Shown: one piece after another, positions 1 through 10,529 of the stretch
How positions within the stretch are numbered: the stretch's first letter is position 1
Layout: each line of letters opens with the position of its first letter
From: Rhizaria sp. SCN 62-66
Taxonomy: Eukaryota
Reading direction: 5' to 3'
Assembly: GCA_001724265.1 (NCBI GenBank)
Contig: MEDY01000017.1
Span: 1-64,000, forward strand
Length of the DNA: 64,000 bases
Notes under the pieces: generated by a model
The model's database searches: none
Told to the model about the DNA's origin: nothing
The model's input: the letters and a program-made list of their open reading frames with translations, nothing else
Translations under genes and position numbers: made by a program

Positions 1-1906
1 GTCCGGGAACGCAACAGCGACACGCACACCCCACTTTGCACCCGTAGACGCTGTCACCATTGCCTGCGCGTCCGTCAACTGTGCAAGGACAACAGCAGCT
101 GTGCGCTTATCGACATCTGTAAGCAGCATTGCAGCAATAAGACCAGAGTTGTCAGTGTTGTCATCGTTAGACTGAGCTCCTCCGCTGCTCTTGCTGGCAA
201 TACCGCGCAGCACTGTGAAGGTTGCACGGACAGTGCCAAACTCACAGGTGTTTCCACTGTCATCGACGCCACAGTTAATTGAATCAGAAGTCGCAGTTAT
301 GTTCTTGCCAGTATTGTTCGCTTTGTTGTCATTGTCAATGCCATCTTCAACTTCGTCGCTGTCCTCAGTCTCAATCAGTTCGGCAACGACCTTAGCACGC
401 GCTCCACAGGCGTTGTAGCTTGCAGCAAGGCTTGTTGACATAATAGTCGCCGTGACCTCACCGACAAGCGCACATCGGCAAAGAGGCAAAGCTGTCGCTG
501 ATGTTGTAGGACTTGAACCTGCGTCTGTGTTTGCATTGGACGGTGTGCCTTCAACAGATGCACCCGTGATGGCACCATCTTTGCTATCTTGTAGGAGTGC
601 CTGTTGAGACAGGAGCAGCGGGGAAGCACTGCAACCGCAGCCGCGGCGCATAGTGCACGTGAAACGCACGCCGCACAGCTCAACCGTGCCAATCTCAGCA
701 ACGGAGCCGTCGCCGTCAGATGCAGAGAGCAAGTCGGCGAGCGGCACATCAGCTGCACACTTGACCTCACGCGGTACTAACCCAGCAGTCGCATCGGTGG
801 TCGCTGCCTCAAACGCAGCACGTGCAGCAGCCCAGGGCGTGTCGGCAAGCGTATTCATAATCACTTGCTCGTTTGGTTCGCTGTCATTTAGGTCTGCGTT
901 CACGGATGCGCTAGCAGTCGCACTTGTAAAAGGCCAGACGGGACGTGACACCAGGAGCCGACCGAGACGTGTGATACTTGGCGCATCGGTGGCACCGGTC
1001 ATGCTCGCAAGTGTGTTTTGCGTCCGCGCTAGAACATCCAGTTCTTGCTTGGTGCGCTGTGACAGAAAGAGCCGCAGTTGCTTCGCCAACTCTGACAGGG
1101 GAGCACGTGCTTGGGATGGATACTGCGCAGTTCTCGTTGAGAGTGCGGTCAGTTTGGCCTCGGTCTGCGCGTGTAAGGCTTCAGTAAGCGCAGTCTCGTC
1201 CTTGAGTTGCTGCGCCAGTGTGGCAATGCGGGGAGTGAGAGTGGCGGCGTGAGAGCGAAGCTCAGCATGCTTGGCTGTAACACTGCGAATGGTGTGATCT
1301 TTATGTTCACCGTTGATCATCACGCAGTGGCTGCACACAACGTTGACACAAGTGTCGCACCAGTATAACATAAGCACGGGCTCGTCATGCTTGTAGCACC
1401 GCTAAAAATTGTTCGTATCATTCATTCATCGCAAGTTGGGGGAAGATGAACTTGTTAGTTAGTGCTCTACACCTAATGGAACGGTTGGTGACTTGTAGGG
1501 TGTATGATAATTAACATAATGCCTTATGGCTAACATTAACAGCGTGACGTACACTTGGGTCTTGATGACTAGTGGTGTTGGGATATAACTCAACTCGACC
1601 ACTCACAGTGCTGGACAGATCGGCTTCGTCGCTGGGGCCGTTTGGTAACATGGACTCACCTTGAAGCTCAATCTCAGACTAAACTCAGAAAAAATAAAAG
1701 AAGCCACACGAGTGAAGGTTATGAAATCTTCCAACAGTGCCAGCTTCGAAATAGACAGATTTAATATACAATCCGGTGAATGTGACAAACTTGATACAGA
1801 AGCTTCGTACCTTGAGACAGGACTGGCAAAGACTTTGCGGGCGGCTTTTGCCGGTTTGCCGCATGCTCCTGCCACATATCTTGCAGCTTAATGCCCTAGA
1901 TGACAT
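1..1906 (-). CDS. B-box zinc finger plus coiled-coil (TRIM-like) protein; exons 1811-1906, 1553-1678, <1-1401; 3' end runs off the window
   Basis: Manual translation: exon 1 MSSRALSCKICG...LCQSCLK; exon 3 RCYKHDEPVLMLYWCDTCVNVVCSHCVMINGEHKDH (B-box-type C/H spacing), then a heptad-like helix. The frame stays open to base 1, so it is missing from the ORF track. Two phase-0 introns (GTACGA..TAG 1679-1810, GTACGT..TAG 1402-1552) join the exons in frame. Confidence 0.75.
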
Positions 1907-3105
1907 GGGAACGCCTAATCAAAGCGCGAAAAGCAAACAATGCTATAAGTTGCGAATGTACGGTTGGTTTAGGATGACCCAGGGAAAAATGATCGGCCCC
2001 CAAGCGAAATTATGGAGAAAGAGGGTACAACAAAAAGTCAAAATGGAGAAATTGTTGACTGAATTGTAATTTACTTCTTAGGATTCTATCTGACGATTAC
2101 ACTGCCACGATGATGACTATGACGTTTTGGTGATGCTCGTCTCTGATCTCGTCCGTAAGATTTGGATTCTGGGCAGCTGCAATATCGTAATTTACTCGAG
2201 TCAAATACACGCCCGTCGTTTTATATTACACAAAATCAAAGTCGTATTGCTTTTTGCATGCGATATTACAATAACATGATTGGTTTAATGTTATCTGAGT
2301 ACGATATCCCTCAAAATAATTGTTTGGATTCTGCCTGCGGTGCGACACTCGGTCATGACTGCGAATAGCCGATCGCCAGGATGACATAGGATACACGTAA
2401 GTGTGATATAACCGTTAGCTTTAGTTGTATCGCTGTTGCTGAATGTCCTGTGCTTGCGGCAGCGCCGTGAACGGCCCCATTTGCACCCTAGCCCCGCTGA
2501 TCCCCGCCACAGGCCCTGCAGTTCCAGCCGCCCCTCCAGTCGTGGCAGCACTGGACGTCTTGGAAACTGACAGGACAGACTGTAGAGCGCGCTGGGCGCC
2601 GGAATAAAGTCGCCAGACACGGCGGGCACCAACCACGCAAAGAGAGGCCAGCCCAACGGCGCCTCCAACATTTCAGGACTCGCGCCGTGCGCGGCTGCAC
2701 TGAAACTCGTTACGGCGACACCGCTAGTACTGCTGCTTAGTATGTGCGTCTCCAGCATCGACACCGAGACCACTATCTGACACAAACTGGGCGTTTTGAG
2801 TGCGCACAAACGTGGAGTGGCAGAGTCATGTCACAGTGCGGCGGCGAGACGAACAAGCGTCTGCGGCAGAAACGACGCGTCTGATAGCGCAGGAAACGTT
2901 GCACAATCCGCGTTAAATGATTTTGTGTGATTTCTGTATTTTCGGTTGACTTGCCAACATTTTGATGCATTTCGACATGATTGTTTTCGTGCTTTTGCAC
3001 TTAAAAGCTTTGAGTCTGTGACCAACTCATTTCTAATTTAACTATTTCTTGTGGTTACGCGCTAGTGTCCACAATCACGTGAACACAGAATTATCAGCAC
3101 TTGCT

Positions 3106-4203
3106 TCACATACGAGACTTCCGACGAATTGAACCGCCTCTGCGATGCATGTCATCCCACGGGCGCTACTGCCACTTTTGTTGTTGCTGCTGCTGCTGCA
3201 GATCTTGCCCATGCTTATGACGGCGCTAGATCAGCAGCGACAGGTCCGCAGGGCTTGTGGAAAGAATGTACGTTGTAGACACCGCTGCAACATCTGCCGC
3301 CGCAGATGCGTCAACAACATTGCCACTGGCAGCCGGCGACGCCGCTACAGCAGTGCCGCTTGCAGGACTGGTACAGACAGCGCTGATGTTTTCATTGTTA
3401 TGTGGTGAAGCAAGTGCGTGTCCGGCAGTGAGACCGTGCAACAACACACGATGCGGCCGCTGCTGCGACCGCTGCTGCGACCGCTGCGACTGCTGCTGCT
3501 GTTGCTGCTAATGTTGCTGCTGCTGCTGGTGGCGACGGCTGCGCACTGAAGCGACGCTGTTAGGCGGCGTAACCGTGCCGACCGGCGTAGCATCAAAGCC
3601 GACGTTTGCGCGGGAAGAGCCTGCGCGAATGCAAGTACGTGAACTCGCGCGCGTCGCCGGAGTCACCGTTGTCGCCACAAGAACTGATGCTGACACAGCC
3701 GTGGCGGATCGCGAGCCGGAGCAGGTCATAGGTGTCCGCGCGCGCGCTGTTGTCTGACTCACTGCAGCTGCGCCGCCACTGGCAGGAGTAACGTCGCGGC
3801 GACGCGAGGGCGTCATTGCGGCCACGACTTCCGTTGTTACTTTCGCTGTGGCAGGCGTTGCCGGTGTTGCCGCCGGGGTCAAGAGCATGTCACTCTCGCC
3901 ATCTGCAAACGTGAAGTGGTCGATTGCGGTCGTAGAAACAGCACCGCCTCTGGCGCCGTTGCTCGTGTTGACCGCGGCGCTGCTGCCAGCGCGGGCGTCG
4001 TCACTGTCACCAGCCTAAATGTCAGACAGCGCTGTGTCAAAGTCGTCTCGAGTGCCAGCGCCCGGGAGTGCATTGCGTGCACGATGGCCCGGACTTTGCG
4101 CGTTGCCGAGAGTGTCGGCGTTGCTGCAAGCGGGACTACGAGAGCTAGAACGACGACTGATAAACGTGTCGCCGTCATTTTTGTCAGAGCCGTCGTCAGA
4201 CAT
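3106..4203 (-). CDS. Low-complexity Ser/Thr/Ala/Gln-rich hypothetical protein (~365 aa) with four in-frame TAG codons; N-terminus uncertain
   Basis: Track ORFs 4015-4203, 3508-3888 and 3226-3447 share one frame and are separated only by TAG (4015-4017, 3508-3510, 3226-3228, plus 3166-3168). The first non-TAG stop is TGA at 3106-3108. It has two polyQ tracts and no recognisable domain. Confidence 0.6.
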
Positions 4204-5273
4204 GACACGGCTATCGCGAGCACCGGATGGGCTGAGCGCATGATCCCCATCGGCGACGCGGACATCATCACCGTTGCACTTGCTGTGATTTCCAATGATG
4301 TTTTAGCTTCAGTTTTGCGTTGCGCTTATTGTCACGTTGTTGCCAAGTGTTGTGCTCGAGATTCCCTGTTGTTTGCAAGCTGGAATTGCGAGCGTTGTTG
4401 GCGAGCACGGAGCAGCTCTTGTTCTTGGTGACGCTTTGTGTCGGCCGCAGCACATCCTGAGCAGCTGCGCAATCAATGTTCCCCTGCTTTGTTGTGTTGT
4501 ACCGCTTTAGTTCGGTGATGGGACTCACTCAACGCGTGTTTGTCGTGATCCACTTGCGCTTTCTGCGCTGAATAAGCGCGATTGAGGCAAAAAGAAAGAC
4601 GCCCTGTCAGAGAGCGGGCGGGATCTGGTGATGTCATCGTGGTATGATCGCAAGCTTTGAGAGCGCCACTTTTTAAGGTTATTTACACTGATATATGAGC
4701 ATGCTCATTACTTTGGTTTTGTCCGATCTATTTCTCGGTCGTCCAAATACAATTAATGCACAAATAAATGCACTCAAAAAACCAGAGAAGAGTCCGACTT
4801 AACAAACAAACTCATGTGTTACACAATATTCAGTGCGTGTGAGTTCGAGGATGTGTGTATTGCTAACATGGAGCGAAGACATGGTCTTGTGCATCGCTTG
4901 TCACGGCGGATCTGGAAAGGCGGCGTCGAGATCAAAAAGGACATTCGCAGTTCACAATAGAGGCAGTTTGGAGCAAGCAACATCGTAGCTGTTTGCAGGT
5001 GCGATGATTTTTTCTATAGTGCGACGATGCAGCGTTACACTGAAGAGATAAGTTGAGGAGCGCGAGGAATACGTTGTTGAGCTTGTTCGCAGGAGCGGCG
5101 ACATGGCAAGTGTGATTGCCAGCACGCGTCACTGCACACTGTCGTTGCGGTTTGCCGCCTGTGAGTTCAATGCGATCTGTAACGAGTGGCGCTGACACTC
5201 GCAAGAGCAGCGAAGAAGTGCAGCAGCGAGTTACATGCATGCGTATCATGTATTATGGCGCAGCGCATTTAAT

Positions 5274-7273
5274 TTAGGCAAGAAGATTGTCGATAAAGGC
5301 ACTCATCTCAAAGCGGATGGCCTTGATTTCGGAGGAGTCGCTGGGGACCTCGCTTTTGAACACATGGCCGCGGAGACCGGAGTGGGCGTAGTAGAGCGAT
5401 GTCGTGTGACGCCTCGTCGTGTACTCTGGGGCGAGTGCGATGTTGACGTCGTTGCGCGAGGCAACGTAAAAGACGTTGCTAGTAAGCTCCGTAACCATGG
5501 ACAGGCTGCCATACATGCCCATCCCAGCCTAGAGAAGAGAGAGAACCAACAAGACAGGAAGTCATGAAGCGATCGAAATAGAGTCTGACCATTATATCAT
5601 CACAACCAATCGAAAAATGCATCAGTGAATGCGGAGGTAATATACGTGACATAGTGTAACGATTAAGGTGACGTACGGAGGCGGCAGTCCTGGCATATTT
5701 GACGCTAAAATTGGGTCCAAGATACTCACGACAGAACGAGTCATAGTGGCCGAGCAAGATCTTCCGCCTCGGCATCAGCAAAAAGGAGGAGACTGAGGAC
5801 GCCACAACAAAGGGCGCAGACCCGGAGCACATATGCATAAGGTCCAGACCCAGCATGCGCTGGGGCCTTGAGGTCTCGCTCGCGCCCTGAAAAAAGGGTG
5901 AAACAAAATGCAAATGCATGAGATATGTCAACTAAGTATGTGTTTTTGGCAGCTTGCAAAGGAACGCAAGTTTGTCACATTTGTGCTCACAAAGCGGATC
6001 TTAGCTAGTCCCAGTCACAACAAGCGTAGTTAAAAGGGCACTTATCACACATATGCTGAGCTGAGTAGATAGATGTGAGGGCAAGACTTACATTGAAGAA
6101 ATTGGAGTAGTCGGCTTCGTAGCAGAGGGTCGAGTCCCGGATGGAGACGTGCACCTTGCCGAGCGCGGCGAGCGGGGAGGTACCGTTGGAACTCTTGACA
6201 AGATAATCGCACATGCCGTCCCTATGCAGCTTGTCCGACCCGGTGGGCTGGGTGTTGACGAAGGACAGCGCGCGCGCGATAGGGTGCATCATGGCGAGCC
6301 AGAAGAGCGACTCATAGACCTCCATGTCCACGTCGGGCACGGTGCACAGGTTGAAGTCCGCCTTGACGCGCGTGCGGCCCTCGGCCGTCTTGAGCGCCTC
6401 GGCCAGGGCCTTAGTTGCGGCCGTCAGCACGGACAGGCACGCCGCGGGCGCGCCCACAGGGTCCGCGAAGCCGTAGACGGACTCGGGGATGTCGAAGTAG
6501 GGCGTGTCGACGATGGCGCCCACAACGCGCGGGTTCTTATCCGCATAGTTGTAGCGGTACCGAGCTGCCACGGCGCCCGCGCGGCCGGAGCCGATGAGCA
6601 CGATGCGCGGAATCGTGCTCAGGAAGCTGCTGGGGCTCGTCAGCACGGCGTTGAGGTCGCGCACGGCGTTGCCGATCGTGAAGGTGCTGCGCTGCGGCGT
6701 CTTGAGCTCGGACTGGGCGACGTTGTCGCCGCGCACAAACAGGTGGAAAAACGTCGCGTTGTAACGCGCCTCGAACTTTTTGTAGAAGAAAGACGCGGCC
6801 TGGAAGCCGTGTGTGTCGTATCCAGTCCTTTCATCACGGAGGAAGACGAATGCGACATCCGAAGAGCGGTTTCTGTTCACCGTGAAGGAGTAGTCGTAGG
6901 CACCCTTGCTCGGGTGGGCGTGATCCCACGGAAGCGGGATGGAAAGATCGGGATACAAGCCGTTGGCATGATTTCCAGTGACACACTCGTTGGTGGAGTA
7001 GCGGCCGCCTGTGTACGCGGCAAGTGCCTCCTTAATCTCGTCCGCCGACAGCCCAGAGTCGGCGGCAAACAAAGATGATGAGCTATGTGCCTCGTTTAAA
7101 AGCGCAGCCTCAGCGGCGCGCGCGGCGGTTTTGGCAGCCGCAGCAGCAGTCGTGGCAATATTCGGCGCTGATGACGAAAACAGCGCGGCTGCAGATGAAA
7201 GCCCAGCAAAGGCTAAAGCGGCAATTGCCACCAGAGCTATGCCACAACGGATAGAACCCAACATCAAAGGCAT
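5274..7273 (-). CDS. Secreted peptidase family S28 (prolyl carboxypeptidase-like) alpha/beta-hydrolase homolog, ~548 aa; exons 6092-7273, 5677-5886, 5274-5528
   Basis: Hydrophobic signal peptide; S28-like segments PLPWDH, FTIGNAVRDLNAV, IVLIGSGRAGAVAARYRYNY..VVGAI, DFNLC, SNVFYVASRND. Introns GTAAGT..CAG 5887-6091 and GTACGT..TAG 5529-5676 keep the frame. Ends in TAA. Confidence 0.75.
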
Positions 7274-8108
7274 GTTGGCTATAAAGTACCAACGAAAAAG
7301 TTCAACAGAGTGTTTATCGTGAGATATGGTCTGGTTATGGTAAGAAATCATGAAAACTGCCAGTGCGACGTCGTGGAGGGGGGAGCCGACTATTGGTCAA
7401 AGAAAAATGCATTTTTTCAAAGCTTCATGCGGCATTTTCGGCGCATTATTTCACTATTTAACACACCAACGCATTTTCTTGATTCAAGGAAAACATCAGA
7501 GCAGTTGACAATGTAATTATGATGATAACATGATTTGGCCGTCCTAGTCGGGCCGCAAAAGCCCCGAAGCCTGTCGGTGTTTGAAAACGACTGTTAAGAC
7601 CGCAAATTTTGGAGAGCCAGTCGTAGTTACCACCGACACGGAACTTGACGTGGGAGGATACCCCTTAATCAGCGCAGATCTACATTTCGTTTTTATGATT
7701 GCTTTTGTGAGGGCTCGTCGTCTCCGTGCTCGACAAGCGTGTTGGTGGCAGCGAGTCGAGGTACCTGTTTCACGAGCCAACTCCTTGATATCTGACTCCC
7801 GTTGGGGTAAGACCGCTGCAATGCCAGATATCGAACACAGGAAGCCGTGGTGAGAGCGGACACCAACCCTCTTTGTGTGAACTGAGCGCTGCTCGCATTC
7901 TTGGCCTGCTCCTGGCAGGCCAAGAATGCTCTCATCAATGCTCATATCTCAGTCTTCCTTCTTGCCTTTGTGGTCCTTGCACGTTGCCGTCGCCTTGTTA
8001 ATTTGTTAGTGGGGGCATTCGCCCATCTGTGGCTCGTTTGCCAGCTTGTATTGCCAGACCTGGTTTAACAACTTGTTCCAAGCCCCAGGGGTCTCAGCAA
8101 GAAAAGCT

Positions 8109-9761
8109 ATGTCAGAGCGGCAGCTTAACTATGACGACTTTCTCTCCGCGACAGCGGCGCTTATGTCGCTCGCGTCCACCTCCGAAGGCATTAATGAGCT
8201 CGAAAGAATTGTGGTGGTGGAGTAGCCCGGGTATGATGCGCAGCAGCTCCACCTTGCCTGCGCCGAGCACGGCCTCTACGACTTTCTCACACGGTCGCTC
8301 GGCTACGCGGCGGACGCCCACCGCCTCGAGCGCTTGCGCGCAACGCTCGCCGTCCTCGCAGCTCTGACAGCTGGCTCCCCCGGCTGTTTCGCGCTGCTCG
8401 AGTGCGGTGCGGCGGAGCAGCTCTGCGGCCTGCTGCGCCTTGGCGAGTCCTGGGTCGCGGTCACGCGCGCCGTGCAGACGCTGGCCAACATCGCCGGCGA
8501 GGGCCGCGCGGCCGCAGCGGCGCTGATCGAGCGCGGCCTGCTTACACACGTGTGCCGCCACCTGCGCGAGCTGCGCCGCGGCCGCGGCACCGCCTCCGCC
8601 GGCTTGTTAGACCTGTACCTCGCGCTGCTGGAGCTGCTGGAGCTCGTTCTGCGCGTCTCGCCCCCGCTGCCGTACAGCGCGACAGCCGCGGTCGTGCCCG
8701 AGCTCGCGCTCGTCCTGCGGCACCAGAGCACGGCGTCGTTCGCGGGGACCGGCGCGATTGCAACGGCGACGAGTTTGCTCACCTTCATCTTCCGCGAAGA
8801 CGCACCGGGCGTGCGGTTCAGCGACTTGTTCGACAGCAGCGGCGATGGCGCCAGCGGCGACGGCGTCAGCGACGGCGGCGGCGACAGCGGCGATAACAGC
8901 ATCTTTGCGCGCGTGCTGCCGCATTTGGATGGCCCGCCGCACCGGCGTGCCCCCGCACTGCGCCTTGTCGCCCAGCTCGCGGCGCTCGAGGACCAGCCCG
9001 CGCGGGCCTTCACGGCGCCCGTGCTGGCGCGTCTGCAGCGGCTGGCCGGTGCGCTGAGGCCCGGGGACGCGCGCGCGATGCTGGAACTGCTCGGGATGGT
9101 GGCGAGCCTGCTGACCGGGGAGTCGCCGCTGGTGACGCGCCTGCTCGAGGCGCGTGTGTTGCAGACGCTGCTGCCGCGCGTGCCTGCGCCTGCGCCCGCC
9201 GGCGCGCCTGCACGCCTGGCTGTGCAGCCTGGCGCGCCGGCGCAGAACGCTTGGGAAGTTGCTCATGCGCTTCACGACGCGCGGGTTTTCGAGGACAGCG
9301 CGTGGGAGATCGCGGACGAGATGGCGCGGATGCTCACCAACGCGCTGCTGCGCGCGCACACGGCCGCCGCCGATACCGACAGCGCGGGCGCGGCGGACAT
9401 GGCGCGGCTGCTGCTTGACGCGGGCGCGATGCGTTACTGCGCGCATGCGCTGTCCGCCGCCGCCGCCGACGTGTCTGCGTCCATCGAGTGCAGCCACAGC
9501 GACACTGTGGGGACTCTGATCGACGTGGCGCGCTGCCTGATCGGGGCCGGCGACCGGGCCCCGGACACCGCGGTGCTAGCCGAGGGCGCGGTGCCGCGCA
9601 ACGCGTTTTTGGCGGCGTTCCTCGCGGCGGGCGGGCGCAGCGCGGTCCGCGGGCTGGCGCAGAGTGACTGCGACGCTGTAGACGACAACTTGCGCGCCGC
9701 TGCCGCGCAGCTGGAGGGGATCATGTGCGGCATTGTGGGCACGCCCGCCGAGATTAACTAA
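8109..9761 (+). CDS. Divergent armadillo-repeat (importin-alpha-like) protein, ~550 aa, with an in-frame TAG at 8223-8225
   Basis: ARM-like segments (LAALTAGS..LLECGAAEQLCGLL; AVQTLANIAGEG...LIERGLL). The track ORF starts at a TTG (8334); the nearest upstream in-frame ATGs (8109, 8163) lie before the TAG. Ends in TAA followed by AT-rich sequence. Confidence 0.65.
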
Positions 9762-10529
9762 GATCTAGATTGACGTTACTGATTATATGGCCTGTTTATT
9801 TATTTTCCTGTTTTAGATGTTCACGTAGCAATCTACAACAAGTTCGATTCGAGTGACTGCGCATTGTGTTCGTACACTCGCTCTGTCGCGTGCCTTGGTT
9901 TCGCAACACGATGCCCGCCAATCAAGTATTGTCATTTTTCACATTTCTGTCCTTATAACGTCTTACTCGTTGTACTCCCTGACTTGTTTTATTCAATATC
10001 TGCCGCATTATTGCCGACATCACTGATCAAGTGACACGTGGACGGTCGCATAATCCGACTGCCGTACAATCTCACTATTCGCAAATGAACAGTTCATAAA
10101 GAAAAACACAACAGTCACAACGGAGGTATATCATCAACCTGATTTTCTTTCTCTAGTCTTTGATATATCAGCACATATCACATGTTTACCCATTACTGAT
10201 TCCAGGCGGAGGTTCGAGTTCCGAAAAAAAAGACTGGCTGTCATGCTGTTCTCGCTCGACCCAACATGCAAAGCAGTTGATCTTCATCCTTAATCATCAG
10301 ACACGTCTAATTATCTAATGAGGTAGCAAGGCATTTATTAATCGATATATTGCCGCTATTGCTTTTGCGTTACACTGCGTCAGTTTTCCCTCGAGGAGCC
10401 TGATTGCAGGTGGATCTGATGAGGTCACTTGGAGGCGAGCGCTACGAATCAGTTCAGATATCTCATACAAATTTCCTTGTTTCCCTAAACACTTCCTGCT
10501 ACAGCGTACTTCATCGTCTGCCCCCGTTT

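Noticed and set aside
2291-2809. 172-aa minus-strand ORF and overlapping frames in a moderately GC-rich patch
   Set aside because: No ATG-led, motif-bearing frame even when TAG readthrough is allowed. It may be a gene remnant but cannot be supported.
6005-6007. TAG ending the track ORF 6005-7351 as a real stop or recoded codon
   Set aside because: It lies inside the inferred intron 5887-6091; the spliced gene ends in TAA at 5274.
7544-7945. 133-aa minus-strand ORF starting MSIDES (DDE transposase-like word)
   Set aside because: No further transposase motifs, no terminal repeats and no coding-type codon bias.
10190-10232. GGTTCGAGTTCC, a T-loop/B-box-like word (possible suppressor tRNA)
   Set aside because: Only a short hairpin forms; I could not build an acceptor stem, D-arm or anticodon arm. 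The same applies to GTTCGATTC at ~9842. No tRNA(CUA) was found in this window.
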